NCBI GenBank assembly: GCA_964492045.1
Contig: CAZBHW010000012.1
Location: forward strand, 14,431-78,430
DNA from: an uncultured Coxiellaceae bacterium
GTDB lineage: Bacteria; Pseudomonadota; Gammaproteobacteria; DSM-16500
Direction: 5' to 3'
Length of the DNA: 64,000 bases
Within the stretch, counting starts at the first letter, position 1, and each line of letters begins with the position of its first letter. The position numbers and the translations under genes were made by a program. Shown piece after piece: positions 56,801-64,000 of the stretch. Below the pieces are notes generated by a model. The model was not told where the DNA came from and made no database searches. It worked only from the letters and a program-made list of their open reading frames with translations.

Positions 56801-57092
56801 TAAACACTACAGTGACAACTGACAAACCAACTTTAGAAATAGATCTCACTTCTTCAACATCAGGCAATGAATACATCACTGCTTCAACGGGGTATGAAAT
56901 TAATTGCTCAACTTCTTCTGCAGCTAAACCTGGTGCTTCAGTATTTATCGCAACCTGCACGTTGGTAACATCAGGAAATGCATCTAGGTTAAGATTAGGC
57001 AAAATCATAGCGCCTGCTATTAAGGTCGCTAATAGTGCCAGCACTACCAACAATCGATTATTAACCGAAAAATCAATTATCTTATCTAGCAT
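53787..57092 (-). CDS. czcA: HME-RND pump, CzcA-type
   Basis: 1101 aa with RND architecture and an acidic insert (EEDEDEESEVEIEE). Its 3' end overlaps the ATPase start by 58 nt. Confidence 0.85.
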   Translation of the reverse strand: MLDKIIDFSVNNRLLVVLALLATLIAGAMILPNLNLDAFPDVTNVQVAINTEAPGLAAEEVEQLISYPVEAVMYSLPDVEEVRSISKVGLSVVTVVFKDNVNIYFARQQVFERLQAAREKIPSGVGVPEMGPNTSGLGQVYQYILRSNDAKKYDVMALRGLNDWVVKLLIAPVDGVTDVLSFGGEVRQYQVQVDPARLLAYHLTIDDLVNAIDANNRNAGGWYLDRGSEQLTIRGFGWVRSGDNGILDIKNIPIKDKDGVVVRVRNVAQVAYGSEIRQGAVSMTERGVDGKPNALGEVVAGIVLKRIGANTKATIDGIKDVLPIIQKALPEGVQLEPVYDQADLIQQAVHTVIKALIEAFVLILVVLFLFLMNLRATFLVLISVPISVGLALMAMAYWGLSANLMSLGGLAIAIGMMVDGSVVMMENIFKHLSQPGSSRSYTQHATSEEDEDEESEVEIEESNHAIPIRILEAAREVARPVFFAVLIIIVVFTPLFSLQGVEGKLFQPMAISIVLAMLASLVVAMMVIPALSTYFFQSAVKHRESPVLRPIMHHYTSLLTKALLRPKPIIISVICLFLFSLMLLPFLGTEFVPELEEGTINIRATLSPSASVDTALKVSNELEQQIMSFPEVTYASSRIGRPELGGDPEPVSNIEIYVGLKPVKEWVSANNRFELQEMMEKKLSVYPGILLSFSQPIASRVDELISGVRAQLAVKLFGSDLTILAEKGREIEDVVKSVDGTRDVSMEQISGEAQLVIKPDREALMRYGISIGQVMSLISDSIGGKAAGQVINGNERYDIYVRLGKPYRDSIESIGNLILLSPKGAWVRLSDIASVKIESSPPQIRRDDVQRRVVIQTNVEGRDMGSVVSEIQQKIEKSVKLPPGYSVTYGGQFKNQQRAQQRLMIVVPISLALIFLLLYFAFDSAGQALLVMINVPLALIGGIVALFISGQYLSVPGSIGFIALFGIAVLNGVVLVNAINQNKQGGMPVDEAVFAGSVSRLRPVLMTAFITALGLIPMLLARGIGAEIQRPLATVVVGGLISSTALTLIVLPVLYAHFFRNGTNANHSQSYASLYIKEKYGVICKKLLFIFQKWIAQLKKK

Positions 57093-57116
57093 TTTATGTC
57101 CTTAACTTTGCTAGCC

Positions 57117-58292
57117 TTAATGCGCATCAAAGCCTTGTTTATTCAATTCGGCGTGAATGAAAAATGCGCCTTTCATGACTACTCGTGTACCAGATTTTAG
57201 CCCTTCAATAATGGCTTTGTTATCGATTACATCACCCAGCTTTACCTCAACTTGCTGGAACGTACCTGGTTCTTTTTCTATATAAAGCGCCCAATCTCCA
57301 TCTGTTGTTTTTAAAACTGCATCGACAGGCACAGCCAATACCGGTTTTGTATAACCTGACTCGATCTGGCAATTAACGTATTGTCCGGGATGTAAAAGAT
57401 CATCTGGATTTGGTACCTCTAAACGTACCGATCTCGTTCTTGTCGTCTCATCCAGTTGATGATGAACCTGAATCACTTTGCCATTAAGAGTTTTGCCATT
57501 AACTTGCATACGTGCAGCATCACCAACTTTTACAGGCTGTGCAAGATCTGGTGGTAATTTAGCATCGACCCACACCGTCGATTCCTCAACCACTTGAAGT
57601 AATATTCGTCCCGTTTCGACTAACTCGCCTTCTGCAAAATTAAGATTAAATACAGTACCATCACGCGGAGCTAGTAACTTAAATTCGCCTTTTGCATTTG
57701 ATGGTTTTTGTGCACGTAAAATTGCCGCTATTTCACTCTCGGTCATCCCATAAGCTAAAGCAGTAGAATACGCGTGTTGATATGCTACTTGAGCTTCCGA
57801 ATAACGTTTACCAGAGATAGCATCTTTTCCTAAACTCTTAACTCGCTCCCATTCTTGCGTAGCTAACAGCAAATCACCTTGAGTTTTCGCCATATCAACA
57901 CTCGAGAGATCAACGAGTGGTTGACCTGTTTTAACGTGTTGTCCTTCTTGCACATAGCGCTGAATGACTTGCGCTGGAACACGCGTAGATACTTTTGTTG
58001 TAAGATTCGCGTTAGGGATGACCTCACCTGGAGCAGTGATGAGATATGCCAACACTTGTGGCTGAAGTATCGCCACCTGAATGTCCGCCATTTTTAGTGA
58101 GGCTGCATCTAATCTAATAATATTCTTTTCTGCTACACTGTTTTCTTTCTCGGGGGCTCGACCACTAAAAATTAAAAATATTAACCCTGAAGTAATGATT
58201 AAAAATGCGATTACAAGTGCAACCAAGTATTTTCTTTCCAGTTTTATGAGCACAATGTTTCTCCCGAATTTAATGGCTTTAGCTGTAACCAT
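57117..58292 (-). CDS. czcB: CzcB-type RND periplasmic adaptor
   Basis: 391 aa with an N-terminal TM and a HlyD-family barrel-sandwich pattern. It overlaps the czcC end by 49 nt, so the true start may be internal. Confidence 0.8.
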   Translation of the reverse strand: MVTAKAIKFGRNIVLIKLERKYLVALVIAFLIITSGLIFLIFSGRAPEKENSVAEKNIIRLDAASLKMADIQVAILQPQVLAYLITAPGEVIPNANLTTKVSTRVPAQVIQRYVQEGQHVKTGQPLVDLSSVDMAKTQGDLLLATQEWERVKSLGKDAISGKRYSEAQVAYQHAYSTALAYGMTESEIAAILRAQKPSNAKGEFKLLAPRDGTVFNLNFAEGELVETGRILLQVVEESTVWVDAKLPPDLAQPVKVGDAARMQVNGKTLNGKVIQVHHQLDETTRTRSVRLEVPNPDDLLHPGQYVNCQIESGYTKPVLAVPVDAVLKTTDGDWALYIEKEPGTFQQVEVKLGDVIDNKAIIEGLKSGTRVVMKGAFFIHAELNKQGFDAH

Positions 58293-59518
58293 TTATCTAT
58301 TTGGCCTGATGCTCTTAGCCATTCTGCCCATGCTTGCCATGCTCTGCCTTTCAATTCAACCCCAGATATTTGGCTGTCTATACGCTGTTTTAACTGCACT
58401 ATGTAATCAGTAGAGTTGATTTCACCCGCTTGCCACAAACGTTCGATTAATGTCATGCCATCACTCAGTGGTTTGCCTGCAGCTTGTTGCCATTGCAAGC
58501 TTGCGCGATAAAGTATTCGATATCGCTCGGCACTGCTTTGTATTTCAGCTTTTGCTTGGCGCATGGTGTCTACTCGCTTTGAATCAGCTTCTACCGCGTC
58601 ATAGTTAGCCGCATCAGCTTCTGCTTTATAAGAGTTGAGAGCAAATAAGGGTATGCTAAGAGTCAGTCCGTACAATCGCTTACGCTGTCCTTCACCTGAC
58701 GATTCGCCTCCCTGAATTCCAATAGTAGGGTCAGGATATCTTTGGCGTTCTGCTAATTTGAGTCGAGCACGAGCTGACTGAGATTCATTTTCAAGGATAG
58801 CTAATGAAGGAAGATTATAAACATAATGTGAAGTATCAGATTTACTTGAAACTGGTGCAGGTAATGTTGAAGGTAACTGCGGCCAATGCATTTGGTTAAT
58901 GCCGGATATCGCCCTTAAAGTTTGTAGCGCTTGATTTGCATTCACTTCAGTATCAGCTTGTAGTGCTAGTGCCTCAGAAAGTGCTAGCTGTGCCAAATCC
59001 AAGTCAACTCGCGCAACATCACCGCTATTATACCGTTTTGTAGTAAGTTCAACAAATTGTTTTAATAATGATGTACGTTCCTTTGCTAAACCTAAAGCTT
59101 GTTGTCCTGCGTGGTATTTTGCTAGAGCATCCAATACTTGAGTAGCAAGCTGTTGCCTTAATTGAGCTAACACAGCTTGTGCAACACGTGCATTAGCTGC
59201 ACCTGCTTGCCCTCTAGCACCTCGCTTATTCATCCAGTCAATGGTTTGGGTGATGCCAATGCTACTGGTATTCTCTAAAGCCCTTTGTGTTTCTGCCGTC
59301 AACTCAGGATTATAAAGTGCATTATTAGACGCACGCCCGCGGGCTTTTGCCGCTAGTACATTCGATTTGGCGGCTTGAATAGAGGGGTTGTTTTCTAAAA
59401 CTTCGCCTATAAAGTTGTTCAACGTTGTATTAGCGTAAGAGAATGACGTGCAGCCTAGAAAGCAAGCAATAAAATACGCTAGTAGTCTTAAGTTCTTTAC
59501 TTGCACTATCATCAGCAC
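58244..59518 (-). CDS. czcC: CzcC-type outer-membrane efflux protein (TolC family)
   Basis: 424 aa with a lipoprotein-like signal (FLGC) and two OEP repeats. Confidence 0.8.
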   Translation of the reverse strand: MLMIVQVKNLRLLAYFIACFLGCTSFSYANTTLNNFIGEVLENNPSIQAAKSNVLAAKARGRASNNALYNPELTAETQRALENTSSIGITQTIDWMNKRGARGQAGAANARVAQAVLAQLRQQLATQVLDALAKYHAGQQALGLAKERTSLLKQFVELTTKRYNSGDVARVDLDLAQLALSEALALQADTEVNANQALQTLRAISGINQMHWPQLPSTLPAPVSSKSDTSHYVYNLPSLAILENESQSARARLKLAERQRYPDPTIGIQGGESSGEGQRKRLYGLTLSIPLFALNSYKAEADAANYDAVEADSKRVDTMRQAKAEIQSSAERYRILYRASLQWQQAAGKPLSDGMTLIERLWQAGEINSTDYIVQLKQRIDSQISGVELKGRAWQAWAEWLRASGQIDKWLQLKPLNSGETLCS

Positions 59519-59762
59519 ACTATTCCTTTAATGCTAACCTGATGGTTAATACATTGATTATACACCGAGAACAATCTGGAGGAGACAGATAAGTAGGCGT
59601 GCGTAGAGATAGTGTTAGCAAATGGTGTAAGTATTTACAGTTTCGCAAATAATGTGCAATCGTTAAGCTAGTATACTTGTCATATTAGTTAAATTCTGGT
59701 TTAAGTGATTTTGGTAAGAAATTACAGTAAATTATTTGAATGATTTATTCAATGAGGCTCAT

Positions 59763-60212
59763 ATGCGATTGATCATCTCACTAGCTGTTATCTACACTAC
59801 TTTCACAATTGTAGGGTGCGCTCCTAGAACACTTGAGCCAGGATCAGAGATGGTAAAAATAAGTTATAGTGCGGCCTCGGCTAATAATTGTAAATTTAAG
59901 GGTGATATTTCTTCAGAAAATATTCATGGCGATATGTTAATAACTTCTTCTCCACAAGAAAGAGAATTAGATGACGTAAACTTTCTGAAAAATGAGGGTA
60001 AAAGACTCGGAGCAAATTTAGTTGTTCTCGCGAAACACGAACGAATTGTAACGGAACAAAAAAATTTAACGAGCAAACCTCGTCTCTTGCGTCGCAGCGT
60101 CACCTATGATATCCAAGGAAAGGCGTATTTGTGTCCTGCAAATGTATCGCAATCTCAGCAGTCTTTGAACTCGACTTATTTTCAACACAATTCTGACTCA
60201 ACTAAAAAATAA
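59763..60212 (+). CDS. DUF4156-family lipoprotein (paralog D)
   Basis: The ATG at 59763 (GAGG RBS) gives MRLIISLAVIYTTFTIVGCAP. Also present are NCKFKGDISSENIHG, LKNEGKRLGANLVVL and GKAYLCP. Confidence 0.7.
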   Translation: MRLIISLAVIYTTFTIVGCAPRTLEPGSEMVKISYSAASANNCKFKGDISSENIHGDMLITSSPQERELDDVNFLKNEGKRLGANLVVLAKHERIVTEQKNLTSKPRLLRRSVTYDIQGKAYLCPANVSQSQQSLNSTYFQHNSDSTKK

Positions 60213-60240
60213 ATATAATTAAATTGTTATTGGATATTAA

Positions 60241-60873
60241 ATGGATAACTGTTGCACTATAAAAACCCATAGCACAAAGATGCGTAAAGTTTTATGGATT
60301 GCATTGTGGGTAAACACTTTTGTTTTTGTAGGTCAGCTGACGGCCGCCATCCTTGCAAATTCTTCTGTTTTATTAGCTGATTCTATCAATATGATAGGAG
60401 ATGTTATAGCATATGCGATTAGCTTATACGCGTTTAATAGAGGTGATAGATGGATTGCTAAAGCTGCGTTATTTAAAGGAATTATTATCGCTATATTGGC
60501 TACCTTAGTTTTTATTGATGCTTCAGAAAAGATTTTTGTTGTGGCACAAATACCATCCTCGCATCTGATGTTGATTTTTAGTTTTGTCGGCTTAACCGCA
60601 AATAGCTTCTGCTTGTGGCTGCTTACAAAATATAGAGATGAAAATCTTAACATGAAGTCAGTCTGGATTTGTTCTAGAAATGACATTTTAATTAATGTTT
60701 CAGTTATTATCACTGCAATACTGATTTATTATTTTAACAGTCAGTGGCCTGATGTGATTGTAGGAATAAGCTTAGCTGTAATCTTATTCTATTCAGCTTG
60801 TCATATTATCATGATGTCAGTTAAGCAGATTATAAATTACCCTTTGACCGATAAAGACAGTAATGACAAATAA
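60241..60873 (+). CDS. cation diffusion facilitator-family transporter, short form (membrane domain only)
   Basis: 210 aa with about 6 TM segments. The CDF-like signature region is LLADSINMIGDVIAYAISLYA. There is no room for the usual roughly 80-aa cytoplasmic C-terminal domain. Confidence 0.65.
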   Translation: MDNCCTIKTHSTKMRKVLWIALWVNTFVFVGQLTAAILANSSVLLADSINMIGDVIAYAISLYAFNRGDRWIAKAALFKGIIIAILATLVFIDASEKIFVVAQIPSSHLMLIFSFVGLTANSFCLWLLTKYRDENLNMKSVWICSRNDILINVSVIITAILIYYFNSQWPDVIVGISLAVILFYSACHIIMMSVKQIINYPLTDKDSNDK

Positions 60874-60875
60874 TT

Positions 60876-61664
60876 TTATTTATCGGAGTCGCTACGCGCA
60901 TTCCACGCCGCCCAACCAAGTCTTTGTATTTCAACCATGCCAGTTACAGTATATATCTTCGGTACTGAAACCGTGAGCTCGCTATCTTCCTCAACAAGTG
61001 ACCGTTGAACATTATTAGGTGAAATCCAGAATAAGCCATCAACCTTTGGATCATAGCATTCAAACAATCCCATTGGACTAATTGCGCGAAAATAAAGTTT
61101 ATCACCTATATCAAAATACTGTGCCACAATTCCATCAAGATTTGACACTTCAAGCCATTCTCCAGGAACAGGATAGTTCCATGGTTGATGATTCTTCTGT
61201 CTTATTAATGAGGGGAAAGCTTGATTAGCAATTTTCCATACGACCAATTTAACCGTTCGCCCATCAAGAAATTCGCCATTAATACTTCGTAGAGGCGCAG
61301 GATAATTTCTAGGATTTGTTCCTGTGATGAAAAGCGGCATTATTCTTGAATAACCGGTAATAGGCACTATTTTTTCAAGCACTAAATTTAATTCTCTTTG
61401 TTGTCCATCAGCAGTTGCGCTATCATCAGAAAGCACAAAAATAACCATATCTACTTCCGCAAGCTTATTCGTAATCTCTTTCCACATATGCTCGCCCAAT
61501 GTTGCATCTCGAGAATACACCCAAGCTTTTATTCCAATATCCTCAAATTGATCTCTAAGATTTTCAACGATATGTAGATCATTATTAGCATAGCTAATAA
61601 AAATGTTATGCTTCACATCCTTTTTGAAAAAATCCAGAATCCACTTCCAAATATTTTTAATCAT
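60876..61664 (-). CDS. TIR-domain protein with an uncharacterised roughly 130-aa C-terminal domain
   Basis: 262 aa. The N-terminal half fits the bacterial TIR_2 pattern: NIFISYANNDLHIVENLRDQFEDIGIKAWVYSRDATLGEHMWKEITNKLAEVDMVIFVLSDDS...QQRELNL. I did not recognise the C-terminal half. Confidence 0.6.
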   Translation of the reverse strand: MIKNIWKWILDFFKKDVKHNIFISYANNDLHIVENLRDQFEDIGIKAWVYSRDATLGEHMWKEITNKLAEVDMVIFVLSDDSATADGQQRELNLVLEKIVPITGYSRIMPLFITGTNPRNYPAPLRSINGEFLDGRTVKLVVWKIANQAFPSLIRQKNHQPWNYPVPGEWLEVSNLDGIVAQYFDIGDKLYFRAISPMGLFECYDPKVDGLFWISPNNVQRSLVEEDSELTVSVPKIYTVTGMVEIQRLGWAAWNARSDSDK

Positions 61665-61740
61665 TACTTACCTATCTATATCAATATATTGCAGGCTTCT
61701 GTTTTGCAGCTACACAGGCTTATTGAAATCTAGCTATTGA

Positions 61741-62070
61741 TCATTTCAACGAAATATTTATCCGCATCTTTTTGATCTTCTGAATAGCATGAAAGATTTC
61801 AAAAAGTGATTTGCTAGTGGGGTTGCCATAAGGACCCAGCATTCTCATTAAGCTCTTGGGATTCTTGTCTAGCATGGCAAATAATATTTCAAATGATATT
61901 GTTGCATTAATGTAGTCACGTAGAATCGCCTTACCAACATCAACGTCGCCGGTGAATAATTCATTAATAGCTTCTGCCAGCATCGCATTACAAAAGCTTT
62001 TATCATGACGGGCGCGAGCCATCACAGTTGTTTTAAATTCTTTGGTTAATGGCATAAATATACCTCTCAT
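61741..62070 (-). CDS. addiction-module antidote protein (HTH; HI1420-downstream family-like)
   Basis: 109 aa. ...[49 protein letters not shown] resembles the TIGR02684-type antidote layout. Its ATG overlaps the stop of the killer remnant (ATGA). Confidence 0.6.
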   Translation of the reverse strand: MRGIFMPLTKEFKTTVMARARHDKSFCNAMLAEAINELFTGDVDVGKAILRDYINATISFEILFAMLDKNPKSLMRMLGPYGNPTSKSLFEIFHAIQKIKKMRINISLK

Positions 62071-62237
62071 CTTTTCCGCTTTTTATACTCTTGCCAATAT
62101 TCTTTAGCTGCCGCTATGTCATTTGATTGACGTTTCTTTGTCCCGCCACAAAGCAAAATTATAATTTCACCGCCATCTTTTCCGAAATAAACACGATAGT
62201 AAGTACAGCGATTCAGAAATGTTAAAATATCGAAATT
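62067..62237 (-). pseudogene. C-terminal remnant of the cognate addiction-module killer (RelE/ParE-superfamily)
   Basis: My translation ...[48 protein letters not shown] matches the conserved tail (YRVYF...ILLLCGGDK..Q..DI..A). The N-terminal half and start codon are missing, and the frame begins directly after the stop of 62238-62585. Confidence 0.6.
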
Positions 62238-62585
62238 TTATTTCTTCTGCGCAATATCTTCAAATCCTCTCAATATTATCGCAGGTCGATTAGGAAACTT
62301 AGCAGTTAAATTTAACTCACCACCCATCGCTTTAATATAAGAAACAAGCGTAGAAAGCAAAATATCAGATCGTCTCTCTAAACGAGAGATAGCTTCTTGC
62401 TTCATATGAAGTTTGGAGCTGACATCGGCTTGTGTTAATTCCAATGCTTTTCGTAAATCCCGTAACGTAAGTTCCTGGGCTATCAATTCTTTAGCACGTT
62501 TGCTGATTTTATTTCTACGTGCTGCAGGTAATTTTTTGATTCTGCTTTTCAGTGAATTAGTCATGTAGTTTCCCCTTCTTTGCAT
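62238..62585 (-). CDS. XRE/HigA-type HTH antitoxin
   Basis: 115 aa with the HTH LRDLRKALELTQADVSSKLHMKQEAISRLERRSD. It overlaps the upstream toxin gene. Confidence 0.75.
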   Translation of the reverse strand: MQRRGNYMTNSLKSRIKKLPAARRNKISKRAKELIAQELTLRDLRKALELTQADVSSKLHMKQEAISRLERRSDILLSTLVSYIKAMGGELNLTAKFPNRPAIILRGFEDIAQKK

Positions 62586-62925
62586 TACTCAAATATTTTG
62601 AAAATCGCTCATCAGCTTTTCTGATTAACTCTTTATAAAAGCGCGCTTCACTTACTCCAGATTTGTTACCAGCAACTAATAAAATCGCTTGTCGTTTAGG
62701 GTCGTAAGCAAAAGCAACTCTCCACACACCACGATCAGCTTTAAAGCGCAATTCTTTCATGTTTGAATGTTTAGAGCCTTTTAATGTATCAACAAATGGT
62801 CTACCCAATTGCGGCCCAAATTTCTCTAGCATAACGGCGTGCGCTAGTAATTCGTCTTGCACTTCCAGGTTAAGTTCATCGAACTCTTCATCAAACTTTG
62901 TGTCAAATCTAACAATCCATTTCAT
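62557..62925 (-). CDS. RelE/ParE-superfamily toxin (HigB / phage Gp49-like)
   Basis: 122 aa. LKGSKHSNMKELRFKADRGVWRVAFAYDPKRQAILLVAGNKSG is the typical Gp49-like pattern. The toxin-first gene order is as in higBA. Confidence 0.75.
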   Translation of the reverse strand: MKWIVRFDTKFDEEFDELNLEVQDELLAHAVMLEKFGPQLGRPFVDTLKGSKHSNMKELRFKADRGVWRVAFAYDPKRQAILLVAGNKSGVSEARFYKELIRKADERFSKYLSNAKKGKLHD

Positions 62926-63067
62926 ATAACCTCATTATGACATACAGATCATATGATCTCAAGATCATATATCATCCTGTTGTTTATATTGTTAATAACA
63001 CCTCATATATCGCACCAAGGGGTGCAATTCAAAAGCAACAGCAATTGTAAATAAAGATATATCGTCT

Positions 63068-63316
63068 CTATTTCCGCTCAAAATAACTTTCCTCAACAGG
63101 CAAATTTGTTACCCCTATAGCCCTCAAGCACTGGATGAATAAAGCCGCGCTAAACGTCCCCCGAGACATCCGTCCTCGCAAATCTTCCACGCTAATATTA
63201 ACGTTTATTTCATGCAGTTTGGCTGTAAGGGTCGGATAATCAATGTCACGTTTTGCTAATTCTGCCTTTAAAATTTTTGTAACAACTTTCGCCCAATAAT
63301 TCTTATCTTCTTGCAT
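63068..63316 (-). CDS. small DNA-binding-like protein (DUF6471-like), plasmid/ICE-associated
   Basis: 82-aa ORF divergent from the DUF932 gene. The family call is tentative. Confidence 0.45.
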   Translation of the reverse strand: MQEDKNYWAKVVTKILKAELAKRDIDYPTLTAKLHEINVNISVEDLRGRMSRGTFSAALFIQCLRAIGVTNLPVEESYFERK

Positions 63317-63386
63317 GAGAACCTCTCCAAGAATTGTTTATTAACAATTAATAGTAAACAAAAACAATTAAAATTGCAAAATTAAG

Positions 63387-63414
63387 TTGACGCTGGCTGT
63401 GTATATGTTATTAT
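63387..63414 (+). promoter_or_regulatory. sigma70-type promoter with an extended -10
   Basis: TTGACG (63387-63392), a 16-nt spacer ending in TGT, then TATTAT (63409-63414). It lies 44 nt upstream of the ATG at 63458. Confidence 0.5.
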
Positions 63415-63457
63415 AGTTGTGTATTAACAATTTATATCTAATTAGGAGCAACTAATA

Positions 63458-64000
63458 ATGTTTCATTCGCTGACTATGGATTACCTAAAGCGCATTACCC
63501 CATCTATCTTTACAACAGAAGGCGCCGCAGGCACTAGCGACAAATACAAACATATCTCAACCATTGAAGTTGTACGGGGTTTGATGAAGGAAGGCTTCAT
63601 GCCAGTGAAGGCGCATCAAAACCGTACCCGCAAAACTGACAAGGCACCTTTTACAAAACATCTGTTGCGCTTCCGCCATATTGACAGCGTGCCGACAGTC
63701 GGCGGCTTATTCCCCGAACTTGTACTGGTTAACTCCCACGATGGCTTGTCCTCCTATCGCTTAATGGCTGGCTTGTACCGCCTGATCTGCTCTAACGGTC
63801 TGGTTGCTGGTGATACCTTCAAGCAAGTGCGCGTTAAGCATCAAGGGGATGTTGTTGGCAATGTTATCGATGGCACATACGAAGTCATGAACGAAGCCAA
63901 GCAACTATTAGAACATGCCGAGCACATGGGCAGTATTGAACTAACCGAGCCAGAAAAAATGATTTTTGCAGAAGCAGCCCACCAACTGCGTTTCGATGGC
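63458..64000 (+). CDS. DUF932/DUF945-family protein (ICE/plasmid-associated), 3'-truncated by the window end
   Basis: The ATG at 63458 follows an AGGAG. MFHSLTMDYLKRITPSIFTTEGAAGTSDKYKHISTIEVV...LVNSHDGLSSYRLMAGLYRLICSNGLV is the typical DUF932 pattern. The frame is open to position 64000. Confidence 0.7.
   Translation, partial: MFHSLTMDYLKRITPSIFTTEGAAGTSDKYKHISTIEVVRGLMKEGFMPVKAHQNRTRKTDKAPFTKHLLRFRHIDSVPTVGGLFPELVLVNSHDGLSSYRLMAGLYRLICSNGLVAGDTFKQVRVKHQGDVVGNVIDGTYEVMNEAKQLLEHAEHMGSIELTEPEKMIFAEAAHQLRFDG

Noticed and set aside
58081-58413. A 110-aa plus-strand ORF at the czcB/czcC junction. Similar antisense ORFs occur inside cusA, czcA, copA and the ATPase (for example 46447-46725, 54718-55038, 39009-39260 and 52163-52402).
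   Set aside because: All are embedded antisense in long, motif-supported transporter genes and have hydrophobic mirror-image composition typical of antisense frames of membrane proteins.
60333-60713. A 126-aa minus-strand ORF lies inside the CDF gene.
   Set aside because: It is antisense to a frame with six clear TM helices and CDF-like motifs. It has no RBS.
1-64000. I looked for tRNA, rRNA and CRISPR arrays, and for a tRNA-linked att site for the integrase.
   Set aside because: I found no cloverleaf-compatible segment with a GTTCGAAT-type T-loop, no rRNA-like conserved blocks, and no short direct repeats with regular unique spacers. The only long periodic sequence is coding (19107-20999). 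This was an eye scan only, so tRNAscan-SE, Infernal and a CRISPR finder should confirm it.

Overview
Low-GC accessory DNA. Gene content suggests a Legionella-like gammaproteobacterium, but that is inference only. I saw no rRNA, tRNA or CRISPR array.

(1) 1-9.0 kb: a very dense locus of small-molecule-modifying enzymes. It holds six tightly coupled GNAT genes, an AAC(3)-family gene, a SAM methyltransferase, a protein-kinase-like::ANT(3'')-like fusion, a LysR regulator and an arylamine N-acetyltransferase.

(2) 9.1-18.2 kb: two large orphan proteins with Ala/Gly-rich hydrophobic hairpins, a PAS-LuxR regulator, a beta-lactamase-fold::S41-peptidase-like fusion and a second serine hydrolase.

(3) 18.4-21.1 kb: an 888-aa protein built from nine tandem 71-aa zinc-ribbon repeats, a PD-(D/E)XK (Vsr/DUF559-like) nuclease motif and a tenth zinc ribbon.

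(4) 21118-30192: a sharply delimited Tn7/Tn5053-superfamily transposon. It has tniA/tniB, TGT...ACA termini, arrays of about 22-bp end repeats and a perfect 5-bp target duplication (ATTTC). It lacks tniQ and a resolvase. Its cargo is GC-richer: an IS66 remnant, small secreted paralogs, a FadL-like porin, a truncated redoxin and emrAB.

(5) 30.2-64 kb: part of an integrase-bearing island. Contents are KfrA-like plus tyrosine recombinase, ArsR plus a Cys-rich four-helix-bundle protein, an integrase remnant and a bufferin/Hvf-type RiPP metallophore operon. These are followed by a roughly 13.5-kb copper cluster (cusC-HMBD-cusB::cusF-cusA, a multicopper-oxidase::CopB fusion, the CopA ATPase and a cupredoxin). 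Next come a czcCBA plus Zn/Cd ATPase cluster, four DUF4156 lipoprotein paralogs and a short CDF. The island then carries a TIR-domain protein beside decayed and intact toxin-antitoxin modules and ICE/plasmid-type genes (DUF932).

The most interesting items are the zinc-ribbon-array nuclease, the acetyltransferase arsenal with the kinase::ANT fusion, the tniQ-less transposon with intact ends, the RiPP metallophore operon, the recurrent DUF4156 genes and the TIR protein coupled to an orphan antidote gene.
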